Source: Piromyces finnis finn (taxonomy: Eukaryota > Fungi > Neocallimastigomycota). Taken from it: a stretch of 64,000 bases of DNA. Position numbers and translations under genes: made by a program. The notes beneath the pieces are model-generated. The model ran no database searches. It was not told the DNA's origin and saw only the letters and a program-made list of their open reading frames with translations. The stretch spans positions 248,001 through 312,000 of the forward strand of contig MCFH01000059.1 in NCBI GenBank assembly GCA_002104945.1, given 5' to 3'. This document shows positions 37,731 to 50,753 of this stretch, piece by piece (the stretch's first letter is position 1; each line of letters starts with the position of its first letter).

Positions 37731-40700
37731 ATGGACCGTCAAGGGGCGTCTTTGAGGATAGTTAATGATCCTCCAACTTTCTCAGGAAGAAGACAAGAAC
37801 TAGATGGGTTCTTGACCAGGGTTGAACTAGCCATTGAAGCCAACCCTGATAGATTCGCTAATGATGAAGCGAGAGTTCGCTTCTTAATATCTTACTTTGT
37901 TAACAGACCTTTAGAATGGGCCGCTCGTTTACGACAGAACAACGACGCCATTCTAAGAAACTATGATCAATTTATTGCTGCCCTTCGTACCAATTTCGGG
38001 GATCCCAATAATGACACAATTGTTGCAAATGGAAGACTTTGCAACATAAAACAAAGAAAGTTTGGCAAAGTGTTTGAATATATTAATGAATTTCAACGCT
38101 TTAGCCAAAACTCTAATTTCAATGAAGCAGCGAAGATATATATGTTCACAAAGGGCCTACATCCAAAAATGCGTGAACATTTAGCAATAGTCAACCCAAA
38201 TCCTACTCAGCTAGAGCGTCTCTACTCTGATGTCCTTAGCATAGAAAATCTTACTAAGAGAAATGACATCAGCGAATATTATATGACGCACCAAGATAGA
38301 AGAAATTATAATCGTGACGATCCAATGGATGTTGACCTATATAGGATTAGCAAGGGTCAACAAAACGTAAATTACTTCCCATCTCACAGAAGTAATTACG
38401 TTGAACCTTCTACTACTAGATCGGATTTAAAGAAAAAAGGGGTTTGTTTTTCTTGTGGGAAGTCTGGACACATGCAGTTCAATTGTCCAAACAGGAAAAA
38501 ACCTAAGAATGTTAAGATTATTAAAAGGACTATCTCCGAAGAAGAAGCCAGTTCTTCAACCCCTTCAGTCAAAAGAATTAGACCAACCAAAGATGTTACT
38601 GAGAATGATTCAAACTTATATAAAATACACATAAGTGAAAAGAAGAACATCATCGATTTTTATATAAAAACAAATGATATGGAAGAAGTGAAAGTCAAAG
38701 TCCTTATTGATTCCGGCTCTGATTTAAATTTTATTCATCCTGAATTTGCGGGAATTAATAACATTAAGTTTTACAATATCAGGAATCCATTTAAGGTTTC
38801 TGGTCTTGGTCAAGGTAATTCCACTGTTAGAAAAGAATCCGAAAAGTGTATTCTCCGTTTAAGGAACCATTACGAAGTAATTCAACTGTACTCGTTAAGG
38901 ATTCCCGAAGTCGATGTTATTCTCGGAGTACCTTGGATTGAGAAACATTGTCCAGTTTATTATCATGATTCCTCAAAAATTGCCTTTAGCTCCGGATACT
39001 GTGCTCGACACTGTAATGTAGGCAAAAGGAGAAATAAGGGTACAACCAATATGGATAAGAAATCGATGCCATCATCAAGAAAAGGGAAAGAAGCTGCCTT
39101 GGATAACGAAAATGAACAATCCTCTTGCATTGACCGTGGTTTTTCCGACTATGACGAATCCTTTTGTTGTGACTCTAGTGATGACGAAGAAACTGTTAAT
39201 ATCAGGGGCCGTAGAACCTCCGTTAAAACCATTAGTAACTTAGATAGTTGTAATAAAATTAAATTTAGTGATAGTTTAAATAGCAATAATAATAATAATA
39301 ATAATAATTGTAATTTTAAATGTACATGTAATAATATTAATTGTATTGATGATAATTTAAATAAAGATAATAATTCGGTCACTGGACCAAAACAATACTC
39401 ATTTTCAAAAGAAGTGATTAATAATAACAATTTTTGTGTATTAAATTCCGTTAGTAACTGTAATGATTTATCTTGTAATATTATTAATAAATGTAAAACT
39501 GAAAATAATAATTTGAATAAAGATAAAAAGCCTGTTGAAATCCCAAATCAATATTTATTATTTAAAGAGGTTTTTAATGAAAAGAATTGTAATATTTTAC
39601 CTCCACATCGTGAATACGATTGTGAAATCAGATTAAAGGACAATTCCAACTTGTTTTATGGTCCTCTTTATCCTTTAACTGAGGCAGAGAGAGATGAATT
39701 AAAATGTTATATTAAAGAAAATTTGGAAAAAGGTTTCATTAGGAAATCTAAATCTCCTGCCGGAGCACCAGTTTTATTTGTCAAAAAGAAAGATGGGTCA
39801 TTAAGACTATGCGTTGATTATAGGAAACTTAATGATATGACCATTAGAAATTCATATCCTCTTCCATTAATTGGTGACTTATTGGATAGAGTGAAGGGTG
39901 CAAAGTACTTTACTAAATTGGACTTAAAGTCTGCTTATAATTTAGTAAGAATCAAAGAGGGTGATGAATACAAAACTGCCTTTAGAACAAGATATGGACA
40001 TTTTGAATATCTCGTCATGCCTTTTGGTTTAAAGAATGCACCAGCTACTTTCCAACATTTCATAAATGATGTCCTTAGTGATTATTTGGATGATTTTGCT
40101 ATATCATATATTGATGATATTCTAATATACTCAAATAGTCTAGAAGAGCATCATGAACATGTTAAAAAAGTATTGGAAAAATTATTAGAAAATATTTTAT
40201 ATGTAAAGTTAGAGAAGTGTGAGTTTGATGTTTCAGAAACCACTTTTCTTGGTTATGTATTATCCAAAGATGGTCTGAAAATGGATAGAGATAAAGTTAA
40301 AGCTATCCTCGACTGGCCTGTTCCTACAAATGTTAAAGAAGTCCAATCTTTTATTGGATTATGCAATTATTATAGAATTTTTATTAAAGACTTTGCAAAA
40401 ATCGCAAGTCCTTTACATAAACTTACTAGGAAAAATGTTCCTTTTAATTGGGCTTCTGAGTGTCAAAATGCATTTGTTATACTTAAAAAGGCTTTTACTT
40501 CTGCTCCTATTTTAATGAACCCTGATAGCAACAAACCTTTTATTGTTGAGACTGACGCTAGTAACTTTGCAGTCGGTGCAATTCTTTCACAAGAGTTTGA
40601 AGGGCAATTGCACCCTATTGCTTTTATTTCATCTTGCTTAACCAAGTCTCAAAGAAATTATCAAATTTATGATAAAGAGTTGCTCGCTATCAAAGTGGCT

Positions 40701-42780
40701 CTCGAAGAATGGAGACACTATCTGGAAGGTGCAAAGCATCAGTTCGTCATTTATACTGATCATAAGAATTTAACTTTCCCAAGAAAGCCTGAAATGCTCT
40801 CACAAAGACAGATAAGATGGTATGAATTCTTATCTAGATTTGATTTTTAAGTTAATATATAGGGCTGGAAAAAAGTCTGGCAAACCTGATTTGTTATCCA
40901 GACGTAGTGATCACATTTGTAATGATAGTAATAATAATAGAATTAATAAAAACACTGAATGTAGTAATTTTAGTTGTAATTTTATTTCATGTAATGTAAT
41001 TAATACTTTTAATAAAGATGATTCTTTAATTAATTCTATTTTATGTTCTTTAAAAAATGATGATTTATATAATAAAGTTTGTGTATTTTTAAATGATAAA
41101 AATTCTTTGTCCCCTCCAATTAGGAATATTAATAAAGTTAAAATCAATAAAGAAGGATTTTTACTTTACGATAATTTAATTTATGTTCCTTCTTCATTAA
41201 GAACTAGGGTCTTAGAATTACATCATGATTCTATTTCTGCTGGTCACTTTGGTGTTAATAAAACTATTGAATTAATTAGTAGAAATTTTTGGTGGCCAAA
41301 ATTTAGTTATGATGTTAAAAAATTTATAAAGTCTTGTGAAACTTGTTGTAAAGCTAAAGTTCCAAGACATAAACTATATGGTTTGCTTTCTCCTCTTTCC
41401 ACGCCTAATAGAGCTTGATCGGAATTGTCAATGGATTTTATTGTCGAGCTTCCAAAATCCAAAGACATGACCACCATTATGGTTGTAGTTGATAGGTTAA
41501 CAAAAATGGCTCATTTTATTCCTTTAAGATGTCTGCCTACTGCTTCTATAGCAGCTGATGTTTTTGTTAACAATATCTTTAAATTACATGGTTTTCCTGA
41601 TTCTATCATTTCTGATCGAGGTACTCAATTTACTTCAGACTTTTGGAATCGCTTATGTAATTTGTTAAATATTAAACTTGCTTTTTCTACTGCAAACCAT
41701 CCTGAAACTGATGGTCAAACGGAGAGGGTGAACGGGATATTGGAACAATATCTCCGTTGTTTTATTAACGAAAAACAGAATAACTGGGTTGATTTGTTAT
41801 CTTTTGCTGAATTTGCTTATAACAATACTTTACAGCAATCAATCAATCAATCTCCGTTTTTCGCTAATTATGGGTTCAATCCAAAATTCAATCCTGAAAT
41901 TCCTTCAGCGAATAGACCAATTAGAGCTGAACAAAGAATTTTGGATATTAATGAAAACATTAAATTTTTAAAAGAAAATCTTGATCAAGCAAAAGAAACC
42001 TACAAAAAGTATGCTGATCAAAAGAGAATGGAATCCCCAAGTTTCGAAGTTGGTAAAAAAGTTTGGTTATTAAAAGGTATTAATCCTTCCAACAAAAATA
42101 TTAAAAGAAAGCTCGCTGAATAAACAACTTTTGTTTATAAACAAACTTAAATGTAATTATTTATTATAAATAGAAATAGAAAATATTATTTTTAAAGATT
42201 GTTACTAATTAGCCAGGAAAATTAGAATATTTTAAAATTATAATAAATTAATATATTTTTTTTATAATACATAGCGAGATGTATTATACATTTATTTTAA
42301 ATAAATAAACTAATATTATAAAACAAGATGTGTTTTTAAAACTTTAAATTTGAAATAATCAAAAAGGTAAGTCCTTTAGCATTTGAATTAAAGTTACCAA
42401 ACAATTTACGTTGTCACCCTGTTTTTCATGTTTCATTATTAGAACCTTATAACGAAAATGAATTTATAAATAGATCAGTAATAAATAAAAGAAAAAATAT
42501 TAAGTTAACTACTGATACTATTGATAGGATTCCTGATAAGATTATTCAAGAAAGAAATTGCCATGGAAAGAAATCTTTCTTGATGACATGGAAAAATCTT
42601 GACGAAAATACTTGGATCCCGGAAGATCAAATTACAGATGTACAATTGATCCAAGAATTTTATAGAAAAAATAAAAAGTCTAGAAAAGAAAGTCAAGATC
42701 AAGTTTATACAAGGAATAACAATGGTATGATCAGACACAGATATCAACCATTTGTAATTGATATTCCTTCAAAGAAATAA
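37731..42780 (+). pseudogene. Gag-Pol of Gypsy B (frameshift near 40845, TGA at 41416-41418, about 220-bp insertion at 42124)
   Basis: CFSCGKSGHMQFNC, LIDSGS, YIDD, ETDAS and DDE integrase. GPF-region and divergent chromodomain remnants lie at 42345-42780. Confidence 0.93.
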
Positions 42781-43042
42781 TCTCGCAGGAGCTCGACTTA
42801 AAGGGCGAGATTGTAAAGATATAAAGTATATCTTTAAATTATTTAATAATTAATTAATAATTATTGAATAATAATTTTGATATTTTAATGAAAAATTGTT
42901 TATAAAACTTATTGTATAAATTTTATGGAATAATTAAATAAAGATTAATTTTAAAATATCAAAGTTAGAAATGGAATTTGGATAAATATTTAAATTAATG
43001 GATAATTAAATTTAAATATTTTAAATATTCAAATTAAATCTT

Positions 43043-43164
43043 TGTAATGAGGTATATCTAATGATAAGGGTTAGACTAGAAAATCATTAAGGTTAGATTA
43101 ATGAAAATTTCATAATTATATTTTTATAACCAATCATTAAGTAATTAATTCACTTATCAAATTG

Positions 43165-43207
<43 letters not shown>

Positions 43208-46200
43208 ATTTTCATGTATAAAAGAGAGAATAAGAAAGATAAAATAGTTCTTTAGTGTTTTTATTAATAATTAATAAAAATTAGTTTTTTTTTTTGTTTC
43301 GTCTTTAGTTTGATAATACACTGACCTAGCGAGTTAGTCGTATTATAATAATAAATTTAATAAATAAACATTATTAAAAAAAATACATATATTTGATACA
43401 TTAGAGTGTGTGTGTTTATTATTATAATATTTCGTTACAATAAAAACACTCTAAGAAAAAGATCGCTACCTCAGTGCCTCGTTTATTTGCTTACTTCTAA
43501 TTTTTTTTATGGATAACTCTGCTGATTTGAAGAACGGTTTTGATGGCAACCGTCGCTACCTGAAGGGATTCTTAGCCAAAATGGACATGATCTTTATGAT
43601 CCATCCTGAAATAGGAAGGGACGATGGAGAAAAGGTCTTCTACGTCGTTAGTCGCCTCTACGGGGATGCAATGAATTGGGCTGCTACCTTGATTAACAAC
43701 CATGATCCTTGCTTACAGGATTATGGCGCCTTTGTTGGAAAGCTGAAGGCTGCTTTTGGTTTTCAGGATATGGTCTATACTGCCAACCAAAAGCTCAAGA
43801 AGATCAAACAACATGGCCTATCCAATACTCAAGAGTATATCAAGGAATTTAACTACTATGCTGATGAATCCACTTGGAATGAACAAGCCAAGATGGATGC
43901 TTTTGTTGATGGGTTGGACGATAGAATCGCCACCCATATCCTTCAGATGTTTCCTGGCCCTTCTACCTTGATAAACTTACAAACAATAGCCAGTCGTATA
44001 GGAAGTAGATTGGCATGCCACCAAGAGGAAATAAACAGAAGATCCAATAGAAGTTTCCGTTCTAAACAAAGCTTCCAATCCCGCTCCTCAGAAAGATCTA
44101 CAAGTAAATCCACTCAGCCCAAGAAGGAAAATAATTTTGGCCCCATTTCAAGTGAAGAACGTAGCCGCCGAATGAAAGAGAATCTCTGCTTATATTGTGG
44201 TAAACCTGGTCACCGATTATCTGAATGCCCTATTAGAACCAAAAAGGAAAACCATACTAATAATGCTGGGGTCCATGTTTTGAATGAACAAGAAAAATCC
44301 ACTCGACTTTCGGATAACTCCTCTTTACCTCAAACTGTTATCGATGTTGATGTTGTTCTTCCATACAAATCTGTCGGAACTAAAGTTCTCTTAGATAGTG
44401 GTTCACAATTCTGTTTGATAGACCACGCCTTTGTTAAGGCCCATGAGATCCCTATAATTACCAAAGTAAAATGCCCACAAATTATAGGTATCGGAGGTCA
44501 CCAAAAGATCATCGGCCAGACTTGGCCTATAACTGTGGAACACATGAATCACTCATGCCAGTTACAATTTTACGTCGTAGAATTGCCTTCTTACTGTTGT
44601 ATTCTTGGCTCTGATTGGCTGGCCCTTCACAATCCGACAATCAATTTTGCTAGTAAGGACGTTTCCTATCATTCTGAATACTGTAAGGAAAATTGCTTAA
44701 GGAAAGAATCTGCTAGCTCTACCACTTCTGAACTCGAAGACCAATCGAAGGACGAAATGTCAGTTGGAAATACACCTGAATACCCTTTCAATGTATTCAC
44801 TTGTTTAGAAGAACCTGAAGTTGAGTCACCCCAAATTCCAATTCACTACTCTCAACACTCCAAAGTGTTCGAGGAAAGGCTCGCTGATAAACTCCCTCCT
44901 CATCGCCCGTACGACTGTGAGATCAACCTGAGACCAAATAGCAACTTGTTTTATGGTCCAATCTACCGACTTACTGAGAAAGAATCAAAGGTATTAGAAG
45001 AAACCATTAATGAAAATTTAAAAAAGGGGTTTATCCGCAAATCCAAATCGCCAGCTGGTGCTCCCGTTCTGTTTGTCCCGAAGAAGAGTGGAGAACTTCG
45101 TATGTGTATCGACTACCGCCGCTTGAACGAAATCACCATTAGGAACTCGTACCCTCTCCCATTGATCCAAGACATGTTGGATCATCTAGGAAAAGCTAAG
45201 GTGTTCTCGAAGTTAGATCTTCGATCCGCCTATAACTTGGTAAGAATCAAAGAAGGAGATGAAAATAAGACCGCCTTCACCTGTCAATTTGGCCATTTCG
45301 AATATCTGGTAATGCCTTTCGGTCTCAAGAACGCTCCTGCAGTCTTCCAACATTTTATTAACGACGTTCTTGAAGGCATTATCGGTAAATTCGTCTTTTC
45401 GTATATTGACGATATTATCATTTTCTCTGATAATATAGCCGAACATCATGAACACGTCAATGAAGTCCTTCGTAGACTCGAAGAAGCCGGACTGTACGCT
45501 AAACTTGAAAAATGTCTATTCGACTCTCCTTGTCTTGACTTCCTTGGTCATAGAATCTCTGCCTCTGGTATCGGAATGGACCCTAATAAGGTGAAAGCCA
45601 TTGCGGAATGGCCGACTCCTAAATCGGTCCATGAACTACAATCTTTCCTAGGCTTAGCCAACTATTATCGTAGATTTATTCCTGGCTTTGCTAAGATTGC
45701 TCACCCACTCCACCAACTTTGCAAGAAGAACACCGCCTTCGTTTGGAACGATACCGCTCAAGATGCTTTTGATGCTTTGGTTAAGCATTTTATTAGTCAG
45801 CCTATCCTTGCATATCCTGATGTTGACCTACCTTTCGTTGTCGAAACCGATGCAAGTAACTTCGCCATAGGTGCTGTATTGTCTCAAGTCAACAAGTCCG
45901 ACAATATTCTTCACCCTGTTGCGTTCTTTTCTAGATCCCTTACAAACCCGGAGAAGAACTACCCTATCTATGATAAAGAACTTTTGGCTATCGTCGCGTC
46001 CTTAGAAGTGTGGAGACATTTTTTGAAAGGTGCGAATCATCCTTTCAAAATTATATCAGACCACAGAAACCTCCTTTTTCAGAAGAAACCGGAGAAGATG
46101 ACTCAGAGATTAATTAGATGGTCCCTTTTCCTTGCTGAATTCGATTTTGTCATTGAATATCGCCCTGGTTCCTCGAACGGGAAAACCGATGCCTTGTCAA

Positions 46201-48074
46201 GAAGACCTGACTATCTTGTTCACTCTTGCAATTCCGATTCTAATAACTCTGTCTTTCGTCCCGAAAATTTCAGCTCCTGCTTTGCTTCATCCACTCCTTC
46301 TTCTCTTCTTGAAAAAATTGCTCTCTCTTGTAAACTTGACAAATTCTTCATTGAGACTTCTAATCAACTTCTCAATGATAATTGTTCTTCTGACTACAAA
46401 CTTAGTAACAACGTCCTCCTTTTCCAAGATAAAATCTATGTTCCTAATGATTGCCGAGTTGAAATTCTGTCTTCTTGTCATGACTCCCCTGCTGCCGGCC
46501 ATTTTGGTATTTCAAAAACTTTATCCTTGATTTCCCGTAACTACTGGTGGCCCAAAATGTATCAGGATGTTAAGGACTATGTCCGTTCTTGTGAGGTCTG
46601 CTGTCGTTCGAAATCCTCTAGACATAAACCTTACGGGTTATTATCCACTCTTCCTTTAGGTGAACGTCCCTGGTCTTCCATTGCTATGGATTTTATCACT
46701 GACCTCCCCTCTTCTCGTGGATTTACCTGTATCTTCGTTGTCATTGATCGATTGACAAAAATGGCTCACTTTATCCCTCTTGAAAAAGTTCCCACTGCTG
46801 AACGTGCTGCCGAAGCTTTCATTAACAACGTCTTCAAACTTCATGGATGCCCCTCCGACATTGTTCTCGACCAAGGTTCTCAGTTCACTTCAAAGTTTTG
46901 GAAGAAATTCTTTGCTACCCTCAAGATTGATTTGAAATACTCTTCTGCTTATCACCACCAATCCAATGGCCAGACGGAGAGAGTGAACTCCGTTGTAGAA
47001 CAATATCTACGCTGCTTCTCAAATTACAAAGGCACTAACTGGATCGAATACTTAAGCCTAGCTGAATTTAGTTACAATAATTCAGTTCAAGAATCTGCAA
47101 AACAAACACCCTTCTTCTTGAACTATGGTTTCCATCCTAATTTTAATCCAACAATTCCAACAACAAGTGAAGTTCCAAGAGCTGAAGAATACACAAAAGA
47201 ATTAAAAGAAATTATCAGCACCCTCAAGAAAAACCTTTCGGAAGCCCAAAAGAAACAAGAACATTTCGCCAATAGACATAGACAACCAGGCCCGTCATTC
47301 AAACCAGGAGAAAAGGTATGGTTAATCAATAATAATTTAGTTAAGGGAAATAAAAAATTCACCCCTCGGAAACTCGGTCCCTATGAAATTGAACAACAAA
47401 TATCAGAAGTCTCATTCAAATTGAAACTCCCTGGTAACATGAAGATTGATCCGGTATTCCATAAATCATCTCTCGAGCCTTACTTCGAAGGGAAAAGTAC
47501 AAACCGAAAAGTTCAACCTCCACCACCTGTCATTATAAACGAAGAGGAGGAATACGAAGTAGAAGAAATTCTGGACAAAAGAAGACGCTATAACAAAACT
47601 CAGTACTTGATCAAATGGAAAGGATATCCTATTTCAGAAGCCTCATGGGAACCCGAAGAAAATCTGAACTGTCCAGCAAAGCTAAGAGAATTCAACAAGA
47701 CCCATTAAAAAAAAAAAAAAAAAAAAAAAAAAACTAATAATAATAAAATTAACTAATTTTCATTAATTTTTAGACACAAATGAGGGAATATTAATTTTTA
47801 GAATAAACTTAACCGATACCGTTTTGGCGAAGCTCCCATAGGGATTTACTGGACTTACAAGCGTACCAAGAACAAGTACTATCAAACGGCCATATTGGAA
47901 CCTTGCCTATGAAACCTCTAGTACTTGTTGGACATACTTTAGTCTTGGCGCCAACCCGCCTTACATCAAAGTTACTCTACCAACCCCGACTTCGAACCCA
48001 CAACCTTCTAGTTCATTGCCAACTACTCGACCATTGTACCACACCTTTTAATTCTCATATGAAGTCAACTGCCT

Positions 48075-48125
<51 letters not shown>

Positions 48126-48292
48126 ATTAGCTTATAAATTCGTCTGGAATCCGAATTTAGAGGAGGAGCTTGTAATGAGGTATATCTAATGATAAGGGTT
48201 AGACTAGAAAATCATTAAGGTTAGATTAATGAAAATTTCATAATTATATTTTTATAACCAATCATTAAGTAATTAATTCACTTATCAAATTG

Positions 48293-48335
<43 letters not shown>

Positions 48336-48567
48336 ATTTTCATGTATAAAAGAGAGAATAAGAAAGATAAAATAGTTCTTTAGTGTTTTTATTAATAATT
48401 AATAAAAATTAGTTTTTTTTTTTGTTTCGTCTTTAGTTTGATAATACACTGACCTAGCGAGTTAGTCGTATTATAATAATAAATTTAATAAATAAACATT
48501 ATTAAAAAAAATACATATATTTGATACATTAGAGTGTGTGTGTTTATTATTATAATATTTCGTTACA
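43043..48567 (+). mobile_element. Gypsy C: full-length chromovirus, apparently intact
   Basis: 397-bp LTRs at 43043-43439 and 48171-48567, identical by eye. TSD ATCTT. PPT GAGGAGGAGCT. Confidence 0.97.
43509..47708 (+). CDS. Gag-Pol polyprotein of Gypsy C with chromodomain
   Basis: 1399 aa with [32 protein letters not shown] integrase, GPY and EEYEVEEIL...KWKGY...SWEP. Confidence 0.97.
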   Translation: MDNSADLKNGFDGNRRYLKGFLAKMDMIFMIHPEIGRDDGEKVFYVVSRLYGDAMNWAATLINNHDPCLQDYGAFVGKLKAAFGFQDMVYTANQKLKKIKQHGLSNTQEYIKEFNYYADESTWNEQAKMDAFVDGLDDRIATHILQMFPGPSTLINLQTIASRIGSRLACHQEEINRRSNRSFRSKQSFQSRSSERSTSKSTQPKKENNFGPISSEERSRRMKENLCLYCGKPGHRLSECPIRTKKENHTNNAGVHVLNEQEKSTRLSDNSSLPQTVIDVDVVLPYKSVGTKVLLDSGSQFCLIDHAFVKAHEIPIITKVKCPQIIGIGGHQKIIGQTWPITVEHMNHSCQLQFYVVELPSYCCILGSDWLALHNPTINFASKDVSYHSEYCKENCLRKESASSTTSELEDQSKDEMSVGNTPEYPFNVFTCLEEPEVESPQIPIHYSQHSKVFEERLADKLPPHRPYDCEINLRPNSNLFYGPIYRLTEKESKVLEETINENLKKGFIRKSKSPAGAPVLFVPKKSGELRMCIDYRRLNEITIRNSYPLPLIQDMLDHLGKAKVFSKLDLRSAYNLVRIKEGDENKTAFTCQFGHFEYLVMPFGLKNAPAVFQHFINDVLEGIIGKFVFSYIDDIIIFSDNIAEHHEHVNEVLRRLEEAGLYAKLEKCLFDSPCLDFLGHRISASGIGMDPNKVKAIAEWPTPKSVHELQSFLGLANYYRRFIPGFAKIAHPLHQLCKKNTAFVWNDTAQDAFDALVKHFISQPILAYPDVDLPFVVETDASNFAIGAVLSQVNKSDNILHPVAFFSRSLTNPEKNYPIYDKELLAIVASLEVWRHFLKGANHPFKIISDHRNLLFQKKPEKMTQRLIRWSLFLAEFDFVIEYRPGSSNGKTDALSRRPDYLVHSCNSDSNNSVFRPENFSSCFASSTPSSLLEKIALSCKLDKFFIETSNQLLNDNCSSDYKLSNNVLLFQDKIYVPNDCRVEILSSCHDSPAAGHFGISKTLSLISRNYWWPKMYQDVKDYVRSCEVCCRSKSSRHKPYGLLSTLPLGERPWSSIAMDFITDLPSSRGFTCIFVVIDRLTKMAHFIPLEKVPTAERAAEAFINNVFKLHGCPSDIVLDQGSQFTSKFWKKFFATLKIDLKYSSAYHHQSNGQTERVNSVVEQYLRCFSNYKGTNWIEYLSLAEFSYNNSVQESAKQTPFFLNYGFHPNFNPTIPTTSEVPRAEEYTKELKEIISTLKKNLSEAQKKQEHFANRHRQPGPSFKPGEKVWLINNNLVKGNKKFTPRKLGPYEIEQQISEVSFKLKLPGNMKIDPVFHKSSLEPYFEGKSTNRKVQPPPPVIINEEEEYEVEEILDKRRRYNKTQYLIKWKGYPISEASWEPEENLNCPAKLREFNKTH

Positions 48568-49056
48568 ATCTTAAAAAGTTTTTATTTAATTAAAATTAGT
48601 TTAATAACTTTAGCGTAGTTTGAAATTAGCATTTTTGATTATAAATATATAATAAATAGTATTATTAATATTTAATTAATATATAGGTAATACATGGACT
48701 GTATTCAATTTGCAGTTCACTCAAATTGAATCAAAAGTGTATTTAATTAGTTTTAGTTTAGTTTATTCATTTTATTATTTAATTAAATTAGTATTAAATT
48801 AGTTTTGTTTATTTTATATTGAATATATGTATAATTAAATAGAATAGTATATTAAAATACAATTTACAAAAAATATAAATACATGTAAAATTTCTTGATT
48901 AAAACAATGTAATTGTTATTGACTATTATTTAGTTAATAACTAAATAAAATTAATAAAAGAGATATTTTTTAAATATAATTTATTTTCTTGTTTTTTCTT
49001 TATTTTGTGTTGTTGTTTTATTTTATAATCTGTTTTACATTTATAAAACTTTTACA

Positions 49057-50712
49057 ATTTTGTACTTCCAAATATTTTTCTAGGTTATCATGATAAAAAT
49101 GACCTAACCTACTATGCCATAATAACTTACTTTCATCATTTAGTCTTGATGAATGAATTTATTGTATACTTGAAATACATAATTTTGGAGTATTTATATT
49201 CTTTGACACAATCTGTATAATATTATTTTCATTCACTTTAAATCTTCCAATAAATTTGTTATTATTTTTATTTTTATTTTTTATTTTTAAACTTAAATAG
49301 GCATTATTCCTTTTTTCAGTAATATTGTTTATAATTCCATTTTTAGCTAATTTAGTTCCACTTAAAAAATTCTTTTTGATTTGATCAGAGTGGAAAACAT
49401 TATTTAAGATAATTCTTTTATTATTAATTGTTCCAATATAAGAACCGTATCCTGAAAATTTGCATAATGTATTATTTGCACACTTCATTTTGATTTCTTT
49501 TTCGATAAAATTAACAAGAATATCTTTGTTGCAAGTTATATGTTCCGATGCTCCAGTGTCAAAAGTCCATACAGTTTTATTTTTTAATTCATCGTATTCA
49601 AAGTTATTTAATTGAAATTCTTGAGTATTATTATCATTCGTAAATTCTTCCTTTTTATTGTGATTATTTACTTTATCGAAACTAGAAAAATCTTTATCAT
49701 ACATTTTCCTTAATTCATCGAAACTTAAATTGCCATGTTTATCTTCTTCATAGTATCCGATATTTGAAAAATTCTTGAAGGTTTTGATTTAAAGTTGTTA
49801 TTTTTAAAGTTTCTACCCTTTTGTTTTTGATTTCTTGAATATTTCTCTGATGTATTTCTATATTTATTTCCTTCTCTATTTTTGTTTTTTAGGTTAAATT
49901 TGCATTGATCTAAGCTATAATCATACGTTTCGCAAATGTAGCAATAGTTTTTAGTAGATTTGCTTTTGTATTTGTTATTTGGAATTGTTTTTGTTTTATT
50001 GAAAATTTTTTCTTTTGAGATAAAATCTATATCCATTGGATCATTACTTGACAATTTGACATTATCAATTTTACTAATAGTTGACTTATCCTTGAGGTAT
50101 TTGATCATTAAGTGTTTGTCAATAACTTCTTCAATGAATTCATCAGATTTAATTTTTGTGGATATAGTCATTCTTTCTTGTAAGTATTTTGGAAGAGCAT
50201 GATAAATAATTTTTACCTTCTCAACTTCACTCATGATTTTAGTATCTTGTTTTTCTATAGAAGTAAATATGTTTTTGATTTTCCTAATTATAGATGGTAA
50301 TTCTTCTAAATTTCTAGCCTTTATTGAATAGAGTTTATTAATTCTTTGATTGAAGATCTTCCTTTTTTCCTCCTTTATATAATTCATTAAGTAAATTCAT
50401 GAGTTCGTAAGCTGTTCTACCATCTTTTACCATTTCGCGGGTTTCTAGATTTAGGTTGTAATTTATGATTGCAATCGCAATCGCATCATTTCGATCTGCC
50501 ATTTTTAGCTTTTGGGTTAATTCATCTTAAGCGGTACCTCCATCATCATCATTCTTGATTTCTTCAATTTTCCTTTCTAAGTTCCCAATTACGTCCTTTT
50601 GAATATATTCTAAGACTCCTTTTCCTCTTAACAAATACTTAATGGTATAACACCATATATCGTAGTTTCCTTCTGTAAGGATAGTTGGCTGAAAGTGCAA
50701 TTCCTCTAACAT
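49057..50712 (-). pseudogene. Copia-3 gag, protease and GAG-pre-integrase (broken frames)
   Basis: EGNYDIW gag start, degenerate knuckle CYICETYDYSLDQC, WTFDTGASEH, and an LGHFYHDNL remnant near 49080-49110. Confidence 0.88.
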
Positions 50713-50738
50713 TTTGATTTTTAAAAGCGCAGAATAAG

Positions 50739-50753
50739 ATGAGACTCTTAATC
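50739..50753 (-). promoter_or_regulatory. Primer-binding site complementary to the anticodon arm of tRNA-Lys(CUU)
   Basis: GATTAAGAGTCTCAT abuts the LTR and is the reverse complement of ATGAGACTCTTAATC. GACTCTTAATC is the conserved eukaryotic tRNA-Lys(CUU) anticodon arm. Confidence 0.75.

Larger units (their letters stand above)
36499..49056 (+). mobile_element. Gypsy B chromovirus, disrupted; 3' LTR interrupted by Gypsy C
   Basis: 5' LTR 36499-37224; 3' LTR 42812-43042 plus 48573-49056. PPT AAAGGGCGAGAT. The flanks GCTTC and ATTTT do not match. Confidence 0.93.

Noticed and set aside
47975-48050. Antisense tRNA-like pattern in the Gypsy C 3' UTR (TGGTACAATGG...TAGTT-N7-AACTA...GGTTCGAAG)
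   Set aside because: The loop lacks C32/U33, the T and acceptor stems do not pair, and the register is off. Probably chance.
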